A stretch of 42,931 nucleotides of DNA, from the NCBI GenBank assembly GCA_041628225.1, contig JBFKPQ010000004.1:1-42931 (forward strand), given 5' to 3'. The notes beneath the pieces were generated by a model. The model had not been told where the DNA came from and ran no database searches. It saw only the letters and a program-made list of their open reading frames with translations. How positions within the stretch are numbered: the first letter of the stretch is position 1; every line of letters starts with the position of its first letter. Made by a program: the position numbers and the translations under genes. The DNA comes from Acidimicrobiia bacterium (GTDB taxonomy: Bacteria; Actinomycetota; Acidimicrobiia; Spongiisociales; JAENVV01). This document shows, one piece after another, positions 1 to 8,616 of the stretch.

Positions 1-54
1 CAAGCGCCAATGCGAAGGCGCGAGGCTCGCCGGGTGCTGTACCCTGCTCCGGTC

Positions 55-1707
55 ATGTCCGCTCCTCGACCGATCCTCGTCGCCGTAGCGTGGCCCTACG
101 CCAGCGGTTCCCGGCATCTCGGCCATCTCGCCGGGGCCTACCTCCCTGCCGACATCTTCGCCCGCTACCACCGGATCGCCGGCAATCGCGTGCTCATGGT
201 GTCCGGGTCCGACGTACACGGCACGCCGATCACCGTTCGAGCCGACGAGGAGGGTGTCACACCCGAGGAGATCGCCGATCGCTTCCATGCCGAGTTTCTG
301 ACCAACTGGAAGGCCCTCGGCATCTCGTGGGACCTGTACACCTCCACCGGCACCGACAACCACGCCGAGGTGAGTCAGGACATGTTCCTGGGGCTGCTCG
401 AGAACGGCTATCTCGTCAAGCAGACGACCGAGCAGTTCTACGACCCCGACGCCGAGCGATTCCTCCCCGATCGCTACGTCGAGGGGACCTGTCCGCATTG
501 TGGCTACGGCGACGCGCGCGGCGACCAGTGCGACAACTGTGGCCGCACGCTCGACCCGGAAGACCTCGGCGCGCCGCGCTCGAAGCTGACCGGTGCCCAG
601 CCGGAACTTCGTTCGACCGAGCATTTCTTCCTGGCCTTGTCCAAGCTGCAAGAGGACGTCGCCGCATGGTTGGCCACCCGCACGGGGTGGCGGCGACATG
701 TCCTCAACTGGGCTCAGAGCTTCGTGCACGAGGGATTGCACGACCGAGCCATCACGCGTGACCTCGACTGGGGCATTCCCGTGCCGGTCGACGACCTCGG
801 ACCCGGCAAGCGCATCTACGTCTGGTTCGAAGCGGTCATCGGGTATCTCTCGGCCGCCAAGGAGTGGTCGACGTCGGCCGGGGTTCCGGACGCGTGGCGA
901 CTGTGGTGGGAGAATCCGGACGCAGAGTCGTACTACTTCATCGGCAAGGACAACATCCCCTTTCATGCCGTCATGTGGCCGGCGATGCTGCTCGGGTACG
1001 GCGGTCTCAACCTCCCCACGAACATCCCCGCCAACCAGTACATCACGTTTTCCGGCGGAAAGGCGTCGGCGAGCCGTGGCGTCGGCAAGGCGATCGGGTA
1101 CTACACCGACCGGCTCGAGCCCGACGCCTTGCGGTACGCCCTCGCTTCGAATCTCCCCGAACAGAACGACACCGACCTCTCTGAGGAAGAGCTACAGCGC
1201 GCCATCAATCAAGAACTGGTGGCCACCTGGGGCAACCTCGTCAACCGGGTGTTGAACATGTCGTGGAAGAACTTCGATGCCAAGGTTCCGCAGCCCGGGC
1301 AGCTGGGAGCACGAGACCGAGAACTGCTCGACACCGTCGACGAAGCGCTCGTGACCGCCGCCGGCCAGATCGAAGCGGTCGAACTCCGAGCCGCCCTCCG
1401 CACGATGATGGATGCTGCTCAGGCCACGAACGTGTACCTGAACGAGAAGGAACCGTGGAAAACGGCCAAGAACGACCTGGCGGCGACGGCCACCACGCTC
1501 CACACCGCGCTGTCGGCGATCAACGGGATCAAGACGGGACTCTTCCCGTTCCTGCCGCACACGTCGGCGCGAATCCACGGCTGGCTGGGCCAGGACGGAA
1601 CCGTCCAGTCGCAGGGTTGGGTCAGGACGGTCGTGATGCCCGGAACCCCGCTCGTGAAACCGGAACCCCTGTTCCGCAAAGCCGAACTGGTCACCGACGA
1701 CGAATAG
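55..1707 (+). CDS. metG: Methionine--tRNA ligase (class I; no C-terminal tRNA-binding appendage)
   Basis: AWPYA..HLGH (HIGH motif), GSDVHGTPI, Zn knuckle CPHC..CDNC, ITRDLDWGIPVP, YVWFEA, FIGKDNIPFH; KMSKS equivalent is KASAS. Start placed at ATG 55 because the recognisable N-terminus begins there. Confidence 0.97.
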   Translation: MSAPRPILVAVAWPYASGSRHLGHLAGAYLPADIFARYHRIAGNRVLMVSGSDVHGTPITVRADEEGVTPEEIADRFHAEFLTNWKALGISWDLYTSTGTDNHAEVSQDMFLGLLENGYLVKQTTEQFYDPDAERFLPDRYVEGTCPHCGYGDARGDQCDNCGRTLDPEDLGAPRSKLTGAQPELRSTEHFFLALSKLQEDVAAWLATRTGWRRHVLNWAQSFVHEGLHDRAITRDLDWGIPVPVDDLGPGKRIYVWFEAVIGYLSAAKEWSTSAGVPDAWRLWWENPDAESYYFIGKDNIPFHAVMWPAMLLGYGGLNLPTNIPANQYITFSGGKASASRGVGKAIGYYTDRLEPDALRYALASNLPEQNDTDLSEEELQRAINQELVATWGNLVNRVLNMSWKNFDAKVPQPGQLGARDRELLDTVDEALVTAAGQIEAVELRAALRTMMDAAQATNVYLNEKEPWKTAKNDLAATATTLHTALSAINGIKTGLFPFLPHTSARIHGWLGQDGTVQSQGWVRTVVMPGTPLVKPEPLFRKAELVTDDE

Positions 1708-1744
1708 CGGGAACTTTCGAGCCCTCCTGTGCGTCTTATGGCAT

Positions 1745-1951
1745 ATGAACCGTCGCACGCGTCTTGTCACAGGCGGAACCTTGCTCGCCGCCGGGGCTGT
1801 CGCCGCCCCTATCCCAGTGGTGCCCGGCTTCGTGCTCGTCGCCGCCGGCCTGGGGGTCTTGGCGCCCGAGGTGGCGTGGGCGAACCGGCTGGCCGGCTAT
1901 CTCCCTGATCGCATGACGCGCCGATCATCTCAGGTGACCGACGACCGGTAG
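1745..1951 (+). CDS. Small membrane protein, PGPGW-like
   Basis: 68 aa, two hydrophobic segments around PIPVVPG followed by GLGVLAPEVAWA, resembling the PGPGW family pattern; fills the gap between metG and the ABC operon. Confidence 0.6.
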   Translation: MNRRTRLVTGGTLLAAGAVAAPIPVVPGFVLVAAGLGVLAPEVAWANRLAGYLPDRMTRRSSQVTDDR

Positions 1952-1966
1952 GGTGAACCGTCTGCG

Positions 1967-2869
1967 ATGTCAGACAGCCTGTTCACCACCCACCAGCTCT
2001 CCCACCGTTATCCCGGCGTTCTGGCGCTCGATGGCGTCGACCTCGACGTGCCGCCGGGCCGCATCGGTCTCGTGGGGGCAAACGGCGCCGGCAAGAGCAC
2101 TCTCATCAAGATCCTCCTGGGTTTGCTCGACCCGTCGGGTGGGTCGGTGCGCGTGCTCGAGCACGACGTCGCGTCCGAGCGGCGGTCGGTGCGAGAACGG
2201 GTCGGCTACATGCCCGAAGGAGCCTGCTTGCCGCTCGATCAGACGGCCGCCGATTTCGTCACGTATGCCGCCGAACTGGCCGGGCTCCCCGCCAACGCCT
2301 CGCGACGGCGGGCGTCCGAGGCGCTGACCCTCGTCGGTCTCGACGAGGAGCGATTCCGATACCTCGGCGATTTCTCCACCGGAATGTTCCAGAGAGTCAA
2401 GCTCGCCCAGGCGATCGTCCACGACCCCGAGGTCGTGTTCCTCGACGAGCCGGCGTCGGGCCTCGACCCAGACGGCCGGGCCCAGATGCTCGACCTGATC
2501 CGCCGGCTCGGGGATTTCGGGATCAGTGTCGTGTTTTCGACGCACATCATCGCCGACATCGAGCAGACCTGTGAGTGGGTCGTCATGCTCGATGCTGGCA
2601 AGCTGCTCCGTGCCGGTCCATTGGCACGGCTCGGGACGCACGGCGTCGTGCGACTCGAAGTAGTCGGCGACCAGGAGGCCGTCGCCCACCGCCTGCGAGA
2701 AGCTGGCGCAACCGTGACCACGGCCCGGACCCATCTGCTCGTCGCCGCCGATGCCGATCCGTTCGGGATGATCCTCGCCGCCACCGCGTCCGAGCATGCC
2801 GGTATTCGAGCGATGCGCGAAGCCGAGGTGACGCTCGAAGAAGCGTTCTTCGGTGGGCAAGCGACATGA
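1967..2869 (+). CDS. ABC transporter ATP-binding protein (ABC-2/DrrA-like)
   Basis: Walker A GANGAGKS, signature FSTGMFQR, Walker B VFLDEP, H-switch STH. Confidence 0.95.
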   Translation: MSDSLFTTHQLSHRYPGVLALDGVDLDVPPGRIGLVGANGAGKSTLIKILLGLLDPSGGSVRVLEHDVASERRSVRERVGYMPEGACLPLDQTAADFVTYAAELAGLPANASRRRASEALTLVGLDEERFRYLGDFSTGMFQRVKLAQAIVHDPEVVFLDEPASGLDPDGRAQMLDLIRRLGDFGISVVFSTHIIADIEQTCEWVVMLDAGKLLRAGPLARLGTHGVVRLEVVGDQEAVAHRLREAGATVTTARTHLLVAADADPFGMILAATASEHAGIRAMREAEVTLEEAFFGGQAT

Positions 2870-3738
2870 CCGACCGAGCGATCATCGTCGACCGCGGTTA
2901 TCGCACCTACGACGGTGAGCGCCGCGGTACGGGAGCGGCCGTTGGCGCCATCATCCGAGACGGCTTCCGCAGGGTCCTCGGCCTGCGGCGGAAGGCCCGT
3001 TCGAAGCTCTTTCCGTGGGCGCTGATCGGACTCATGGTCATGCTCGCGGCGCTCTTCGTCCTCATCCAATGGATCGCCGGAGAACTGACCGACGACCTTC
3101 CGCGCTACGGCGAATACTTCGACACGATCTCGGCATTGCCCATCCTCTTCATGGCGCTCGCCGCACCCCAGCTCCTCGTCCCCGATCGCACCCAGGGGGT
3201 CCTGGCGGTGTACCTGTCGAGGCCACTGCGCATGGGCGACTACCTGCTCGCCAAGGGCATCGCACTCTTCACGCTGATGATGGCGCTGTATCTCACGCCA
3301 CAACTCATCCTCCACCTGGGACTTGCCGGGCTCGCTCCCGAGGGCTTCTTCACCTATCTCGGCGACAACGCCGACGTGCTGTGGAAGGTACCGGTCGTCG
3401 CGTTCGTCTACTTCTGTCTGCACGGGTCGCTCGCCGTTGCCGTGGCGTCCTACGTGCCGCGCATCGGCTTCGCCGCCGGGACCTATCTCGGCATCGTCAT
3501 CATCGCCAATCGTCTCGCCGAATTCCTGTCAGAGGCGGCCTTCTCAGGTGCACGCTGGTTCGCCTTCCTGGCGTTCGAGCAACACCCCAGATACGTGCGG
3601 GACTGGGTCTTCGATCTCCCAGGACAGACCATCATGGGCGCGGCGGGGTTCGAGCCGTGGGCCGCCCTCGCCGCCGTCGGCGCGATCGTGGCCGCCTCGG
3701 CGGTGGCGGTGTGGGCGCAGTATCGGCGGCTGCCATGA
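2866..3738 (+). CDS. ABC transporter permease
   Basis: ATGA overlap with upstream stop; about 6 TM segments; DRTQGVLAVYLSRPL...YLLAK motif typical of ABC-2 permeases. Confidence 0.9.
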   Translation: MTDRAIIVDRGYRTYDGERRGTGAAVGAIIRDGFRRVLGLRRKARSKLFPWALIGLMVMLAALFVLIQWIAGELTDDLPRYGEYFDTISALPILFMALAAPQLLVPDRTQGVLAVYLSRPLRMGDYLLAKGIALFTLMMALYLTPQLILHLGLAGLAPEGFFTYLGDNADVLWKVPVVAFVYFCLHGSLAVAVASYVPRIGFAAGTYLGIVIIANRLAEFLSEAAFSGARWFAFLAFEQHPRYVRDWVFDLPGQTIMGAAGFEPWAALAAVGAIVAASAVAVWAQYRRLP

Positions 3739-4673
3739 CCGACGCGCGATTCGTCGACGATGCCCGTCTCGTCATCGAGGACGTCTCGAAGTGGTTCGGC
3801 CAGAAGGTGGCCGTCTCGGAAATATCCTGTTCGATCGGTCCGGGCGTGACCGGCCTCCTCGGCCCGAACGGCGCCGGCAAGACGACGTTGTTGCGACTGC
3901 TGGTCGGCCTGCTCCACCCGTCCGAAGGCCGCGTCCTCGTCGAGGGCGTCGAACCCCAACGAGACCCGACCGTCCTGGGCGATGTGGGGTTCGTCTCGGA
4001 GGATGAGTCCGTGTACGGATCGCTGTCGGCGCGCCAGTTCGTTCGGTTCAACGCCACACTCGCCGGCGTCGCCGATCCCGACACCGCTACGACGCGCGCA
4101 CTCGAAACCGTGGCTCTCACCGACGTTGCCGACCGGCGCGTCGGAGATTTCTCGAAGGGGATGCGCCAGCGCGCCAAGGTCGCCGCCGCCCTGGTCCACG
4201 ACCCATCCGTGCTGATCCTCGACGAACCACTCAATGGCGCCGACCCCGTCCAACGGGCGCATCTCATCGACCTGTTCGTCCAACTCGGCAACCAGGGCAG
4301 GACGGTTCTCGTCTCTTCGCATGTCCTCCACGAGGTGGAACGCATGGCCGACCGTGTCATCGCCGTCATCGACGGTCGGCTGGCGGCGGTCGGAGGCGTT
4401 CGTTCGCTCCGCACCCTCATGACCGACATCCCGCAGACCATTCGGATCGATTCGTCCGACGCCCGAGGTCTGGCCGCCGCGCTCGTAGCCAGCCCCTACG
4501 TCGGTGGAGTGTCGATCGACGACGGAACGGTCCACGCCAAGGCTTCCGATCCGGCCGGCCTGGCGCGAGCCATCCCGATCGTGGCGCGCGACCTCGGGCT
4601 GTCGATCACCCGCGTCGAACCCGAGGACGAATCGCTCGAAAGCGTCTTCGGCTATTTGATCGGGCGCCGATGA
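3735..4673 (+). CDS. ABC transporter ATP-binding protein
   Basis: ATGA overlap at 3735-3738; GPNGAGKT, FSKGMRQR, LILDEP, SSH. Confidence 0.95.
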   Translation: MTDARFVDDARLVIEDVSKWFGQKVAVSEISCSIGPGVTGLLGPNGAGKTTLLRLLVGLLHPSEGRVLVEGVEPQRDPTVLGDVGFVSEDESVYGSLSARQFVRFNATLAGVADPDTATTRALETVALTDVADRRVGDFSKGMRQRAKVAAALVHDPSVLILDEPLNGADPVQRAHLIDLFVQLGNQGRTVLVSSHVLHEVERMADRVIAVIDGRLAAVGGVRSLRTLMTDIPQTIRIDSSDARGLAAALVASPYVGGVSIDDGTVHAKASDPAGLARAIPIVARDLGLSITRVEPEDESLESVFGYLIGRR

Positions 4674-5401
4674 CGGCAGCCATCGCGATCTTCGCCAATG
4701 TGATCCGACGCCTGCTGCAGCGCCGGGTGGCCGTGGCGCTCATCCTCGCGACCTCGGCACATGCCCTCGTCATCCTGCTCGCCTCACCCGACGACGTCAC
4801 CGATGCGTACCACGGGTTCACGCTGTTGCTGTACCTGGCGTTTGCCGTCCCGATCGCAGCTCTCGTCACGGCAACTGCGGCGTTCGGCGACGAACGCCGC
4901 GACAACACGCTGCCCTACGTGGTGGTGAAACCGATCAGCCGACTGACCATCGCGCTCTCCGTGACGTTCGCCACGTTCGCGGCGATCTTGGTGGTTGCGC
5001 TGCCCGGATTGGTGCTGTCGTGGACCATCGGCGCCGTACGCCTCGACGATCCTGGCATCGGATGGCCGGCCGTCGTGGCATTGGCCGTCGTCGCGGCCGG
5101 CTACGCAGCGATCTTCGTGCCGCTCGGCCTGCTCTTCGAGCGCGCCACGCTCGTCGGCCTCGCCTACATCTTCGTGTGGGAATCGATCCTCGCCTTCGCC
5201 GCCACGACCTTGGCTGCGTCATCGGTGTGGCGAATCGGGCTGACGGCCTACGTCGCGCTCGCCGAAGACCTCCCGGAGTTCCGCGACATCCTCGGACAAC
5301 TCACCCCTGGAGCGGGCGGAGCAGCGGCAAAGGCTGTGGTGTTGCTCGTACTCTCGGTTGCCCTCTCCACGTGGGCGCTGCGGCGGCGCGACCTCGTCTG
5401 A
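4670..5401 (+). CDS. ABC transporter permease
   Basis: ATGA overlap; multiple TM segments; GDERRDNTLPYVVVKPISR motif; ends RRRDLV as is common in ABC-2 permeases. Confidence 0.9.
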   Translation: MTAAIAIFANVIRRLLQRRVAVALILATSAHALVILLASPDDVTDAYHGFTLLLYLAFAVPIAALVTATAAFGDERRDNTLPYVVVKPISRLTIALSVTFATFAAILVVALPGLVLSWTIGAVRLDDPGIGWPAVVALAVVAAGYAAIFVPLGLLFERATLVGLAYIFVWESILAFAATTLAASSVWRIGLTAYVALAEDLPEFRDILGQLTPGAGGAAAKAVVLLVLSVALSTWALRRRDLV

Positions 5402-5409
5402 ACGCGAAA

Positions 5410-5436
5410 CGGGGGCAGCCCAGAAGGCCGCCCCCG
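5410..5436 (-). terminator. Intrinsic terminator downstream of sodN (possibly bidirectional)
   Basis: Minus-strand RNA CGGGGGCGGCC-UUCUG-GGCUGCCCCCG (11 bp including one G-U) followed by UUUCGCGUU; lies between convergent genes. Confidence 0.7.
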
Positions 5437-5454
5437 CCACGATGGAAGATCGAA

Positions 5455-5871
5455 TCAGGCGGGCGGGTAAACGCCCATCCCCTTGGCTTTGTCGGTCTGC
5501 CAGAAGATGTCGGAGATCTCGTCGATCAGCTCGACCAGTTTCTCACCGTCTGCCGGATCGACCGACTTCTTGGCGACTCCCGCCGCCCGAATCGCACGCC
5601 AGAAGAGGTCGTGGAGCTGCGGGAACTGCTCGACGTGCTCGGGTCCGAAGAAGTCGGCCCACAACACCATGAGATGGTGCTTGCACACCTCAGCCTGCTG
5701 TTCCTTGATGGCGAGCGCCCTGGCGCGAAACACGTCGTCGTCCGACGCCTGGTACTTCTCGGCGGCCTTGAGCACCGACATCGCTTCGATCTTCGCCTGA
5801 GCCGGGTCGTACACCCCACAGAACAGGTCGCAGTGCGCGTGAGCCACCTTGGACGGCTTGAAGACTCCCAT
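5455..5871 (-). CDS. sodN: Nickel superoxide dismutase precursor
   Basis: AAGGAGG SD upstream of ATG 5871; 12-aa leader MGVFKPSKVAHA then Ni-hook HCDLFCGVYDP; IKEQQAE..KHHL.VLW.D.F and C-terminal IFWQT typical of NiSOD. Confidence 0.95.
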   Translation of the reverse strand: MGVFKPSKVAHAHCDLFCGVYDPAQAKIEAMSVLKAAEKYQASDDDVFRARALAIKEQQAEVCKHHLMVLWADFFGPEHVEQFPQLHDLFWRAIRAAGVAKKSVDPADGEKLVELIDEISDIFWQTDKAKGMGVYPPA

Positions 5872-5927
5872 GAACGGATCCTCCTTCGAACTCGTGAATG
5901 CCTGTGACCCTACACTTCGCACGCGAC

Positions 5928-6356
5928 GTGCTGACCAGATTCGTGATCGCCGAAGGATCCATGCGCCCTGCTCTATCACCGGGCGACTACGTGTTGGCGG
6001 TTCGCCGGCGAGCAGTTCCACGCCGCGGTGACATCATCGTGTTCGAGTCACGCCCGGGCTTCTGGCTGTGCAAGCGAGTCGTCGGGCTCCCCAGCGAAGA
6101 GCTCTCGATCGATGCAGGTTCCGTTTCGATCGACGACCGGCCGCTCGTCGAGCCGTGGACGATCTTCGACACCGCGGGCAAGGGAACGTGGACGCTGGGG
6201 CCGCGCGAAGTGTTCGTGCTGGGTGACGTACGCCACGGTTCCGACGGCGACTCCCGGCAGGTCGGACCGATCTCGGTAGATCCGGCGTGGTGGCAGGTCA
6301 GGTGGCGCTACTGGCCGGTTCGACGCGTCGGCTCGGCCTCCACGACCGTTCGATAG
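5928..6356 (+). CDS. sodX: S26-family peptidase, probable NiSOD maturation protease
   Basis: GSMRPAL (catalytic Ser), CKRVVG (catalytic Lys), LGD...DSR; no TM anchor; divergent from sodN. GTG 5928 start is inferred (ORF track starts at 5898). Confidence 0.8.
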   Translation: MLTRFVIAEGSMRPALSPGDYVLAVRRRAVPRRGDIIVFESRPGFWLCKRVVGLPSEELSIDAGSVSIDDRPLVEPWTIFDTAGKGTWTLGPREVFVLGDVRHGSDGDSRQVGPISVDPAWWQVRWRYWPVRRVGSASTTVR

Positions 6357-6817
6357 GCGACCCAGTCGCGCCACTTTGGCTCGAGGAGCGGTACCAGCTC
6401 GGCGAGGTTTCGACGCGCGTTGTCGATCCCGTCCATCGGGTGGACCATACCGACCATCCACACTCCCCAACGGTTGGGCGTGAACGGCGCCATCTCGAGC
6501 AGGTAGGCCTCCGTGGACCTTCTCCATTCCAGCCCGGCCCGCGAGCTGTCCGGCGCGACGACGAAACCGTCGCCCGTGTCCAGGTCCGGACGGCGGACGA
6601 AGTCGGTGATGGCTCCCAGCCGAAAGCCATCGACCTCGATCTCTTCGAGCACGCGGAACCCGTGGTACGGCGGGGCTCCGGCAGGTGGCGCCATGAAGCC
6701 GGGTTGATCTGCCGCGGTCGTGTCCGCGTCGGGGTCGAGGGCCAGGTGCTGCGTCAGCGCGAACAAGTCGGGGGCGCCGCCGCGCCGGCGCGAAATCAGA
6801 TTGTCCAACCAACCCAT
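6308..6817 (-). CDS. Hypothetical protein
   Basis: 169 aa with globular composition (GDGFVVAPDSSRAGLEW, RWGVW); overlaps the sodX 3' end convergently by 49 bp. Confidence 0.7.
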   Translation of the reverse strand: MGWLDNLISRRRGGAPDLFALTQHLALDPDADTTAADQPGFMAPPAGAPPYHGFRVLEEIEVDGFRLGAITDFVRRPDLDTGDGFVVAPDSSRAGLEWRRSTEAYLLEMAPFTPNRWGVWMVGMVHPMDGIDNARRNLAELVPLLEPKWRDWVAYRTVVEAEPTRRTGQ

Positions 6818-6908
6818 GGGACCCCCGGACGGGCAGCATCATAGACCGGCGACCACCGAGCGTCGGGATTGTCGCCAAGAAGCTCACGCCATGCGCTACA
6901 AAGCCTCC

Positions 6909-7070
6909 ATGCGATGCAGATGGTGCCGCCAACCTATGGGGTACGTGCACGGGCATGGAGCATGCCTCGACGGTCGATGCCCGATGTTCGGCGTGAACCA
7001 GGCCGAGTGCTGCGATGGCGAGATGATCGAGAGCTGTCCGGTCCCGACGAGCGACATCGCTTCGACCTGA
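6909..7070 (+). CDS. Small Cys/His-rich putative metal-binding protein (53 aa)
   Basis: MRCRWC...VHGHGAC.DGRC...ECCDGE...C: 7 Cys and 2 His; fills an otherwise empty gap. Alternative ATG at 6891. Confidence 0.65.
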   Translation: MRCRWCRQPMGYVHGHGACLDGRCPMFGVNQAECCDGEMIESCPVPTSDIAST

Positions 7071-7123
7071 ACGTTTCCCCTCGAGCGGTCCACGGGCCAT
7101 CGAGGACGGCGTAAGGTGAAAGC

Positions 7124-7507
7124 ATGATCGAGTTCACCGTGCGACTCGCCAACCGACCGGGGATGCTCGCCCAGCTCACCGAAACGCTCGCCTTCCACGG
7201 GGTCCACATCGAAGCGCTGTCCGCGTATGGCATGAACGACGAGGGGTTCGTGCGCATGGTCGTGCAAGACGACGCAGCGGCGCGGCGCGCCTTGCGAAAA
7301 GCCGGTTTGGTGGCCTCCGAACGTTCGATCGTGACCACGATCATCTCGCACGATCCTGGGTCGCTGGCGAGGATGACTCGGAGCCTCGCCGAATCCGACG
7401 TCAACGTCGACGCGCTCTACCTGCTGAAGTCGACGTCGGAGGGCCAGGAATTCGCCCTGGTCGTATCGGATCCCGACATCGCGCGCCACCGCCTGCAAGC
7501 GAGCTGA
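7124..7507 (+). CDS. Tandem ACT-domain protein
   Basis: Two ACT repeats: NRPGMLAQLTETLA..GVHIEAL and HDPGSLARMTRSLAESDVNVDALY. Confidence 0.88.
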   Translation: MIEFTVRLANRPGMLAQLTETLAFHGVHIEALSAYGMNDEGFVRMVVQDDAAARRALRKAGLVASERSIVTTIISHDPGSLARMTRSLAESDVNVDALYLLKSTSEGQEFALVVSDPDIARHRLQAS

Positions 7508-7545
7508 CACGGACTAGGACCTGCCGGTCGGTACACTCCCCCGGC

Positions 7546-8616
7546 GTGACCTTCCCGCGCAGCTTCATCGCCGCTCTCGCCGTGAGCTTCGCCACCGTCG
7601 CATGCGGTGGGGACACCGCCGACACGACGATGGCGGCAACCACCACCGTGGCGCCGACGACGACGGCCGCACCGACGACCACCACGACGACGGTCCCGCC
7701 CACGACGACGACGACCGTCGCGGCGCTGGCACCGTCGCCGCTCAACGGTTTGCCGGCCGACGACGAGGCCAACCTCGACCGGCGCGTCATCGCCGTCAAG
7801 ATCGACAACCACTGGAACGCTCGCCCCCAGTCGGGGATCGAACAGGCCGACGCCGTGTACGAGCTGCTCGTCGAAGCCGGGCTGACCCGGTTCATCGCCC
7901 TGTTCCACGACAACGACGCCGAGTATCTCGGCCCGATGCGCTCCGGCCGTCCCACCGACCCGACGCTCGTGCGGCCACTCGATGCCACGTTCGTCATCTC
8001 CGGAGCACAGAACTGGGTGCAGAGCGTCATCCGCAACCACGGCGTGTCCTTCATCGGGGAAGTCCGACCCGCCACCTTCCGAATCTCGGGTCGCAGGGCA
8101 CCGCACAACCTGTACGTCAACACGATCGAGCTCCGGTCGGTGGCCGACGCCCGCGGCTACGCCGATGCTCCACCGACAGACATGTTCGACTGGGGTCCCC
8201 TACCGGACGGCGGCGCGCCGGCGACGGAGATCACGTTCAACTGGTCGTCGTCGACCACCGTCACCTGGCGATACGAGGACAGCCGATATGTGCGGTACCT
8301 GGGCGAGGACACCCACAACTGGAGGTCGGCCGACGGCGAGGTCGACGAACCGATCACCGCCGACACCTTGGTCGTGTTGTTCGCCAGGCGCTACACGGCA
8401 TCCGGTTCTTCGGGATCGGCCGTCCCGGCCATGGATACCGTCGGCACGGGTCGTGCCCTCGTGTTCGCCGGCGGCGAGGTCGTCGAGGGAACCTGGGAGC
8501 GCGCCGATACTGCCGAGTTGTTCTCTCTGCGCAGCATCGATGGCGAGGTCCTCTCCGTTCCTGCCGGCGTGCCCTGGATCTCGGTGTTTCCCGACAACCG
8601 GCAGGTCTCCTGGTGA
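7546..8616 (+). CDS. DUF3048-family lipoprotein
   Basis: Lipobox TVAC, Thr/Pro linker, AVKIDNH..ARPQSGIEQADAVYE..VE.GLTRF, GPMRSGR, RAPHNLY. Confidence 0.88.
   Translation: MTFPRSFIAALAVSFATVACGGDTADTTMAATTTVAPTTTAAPTTTTTTVPPTTTTTVAALAPSPLNGLPADDEANLDRRVIAVKIDNHWNARPQSGIEQADAVYELLVEAGLTRFIALFHDNDAEYLGPMRSGRPTDPTLVRPLDATFVISGAQNWVQSVIRNHGVSFIGEVRPATFRISGRRAPHNLYVNTIELRSVADARGYADAPPTDMFDWGPLPDGGAPATEITFNWSSSTTVTWRYEDSRYVRYLGEDTHNWRSADGEVDEPITADTLVVLFARRYTASGSSGSAVPAMDTVGTGRALVFAGGEVVEGTWERADTAELFSLRSIDGEVLSVPAGVPWISVFPDNRQVSW
7621..7720 (+). repeat. Low-complexity ACG/ACC-rich coding repeat (Thr/Pro linker)
   Basis: Runs of acg/acc codons encode TTTVAPTTTAAPTTTTTTVPPTTTTT. Confidence 0.8.

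Noticed and set aside
1060-1074. MetG KMSKS motif altered to KASAS
   Set aside because: KMSKS is variable among class I synthetases and the rest of the enzyme is intact; loss of the second Lys is noted but is not enough to claim altered function.
7621-7720. Tandem ACG repeats as a CRISPR, VNTR or phase-variation tract
   Set aside because: In-frame, imperfect Thr codon runs explained by a lipoprotein linker; no repeat-spacer structure.
7602-8612. Apparent 790-aa amidase with a long N-terminal extension; likewise the extended ORFs for korB (10653), the second ABC ATPase (3015), PadR (36353) and atpF (31080)
   Set aside because: The extensions are Arg/Pro-rich off-frame read-through of upstream genes; real starts coincide with stop/start overlaps or SD sites.
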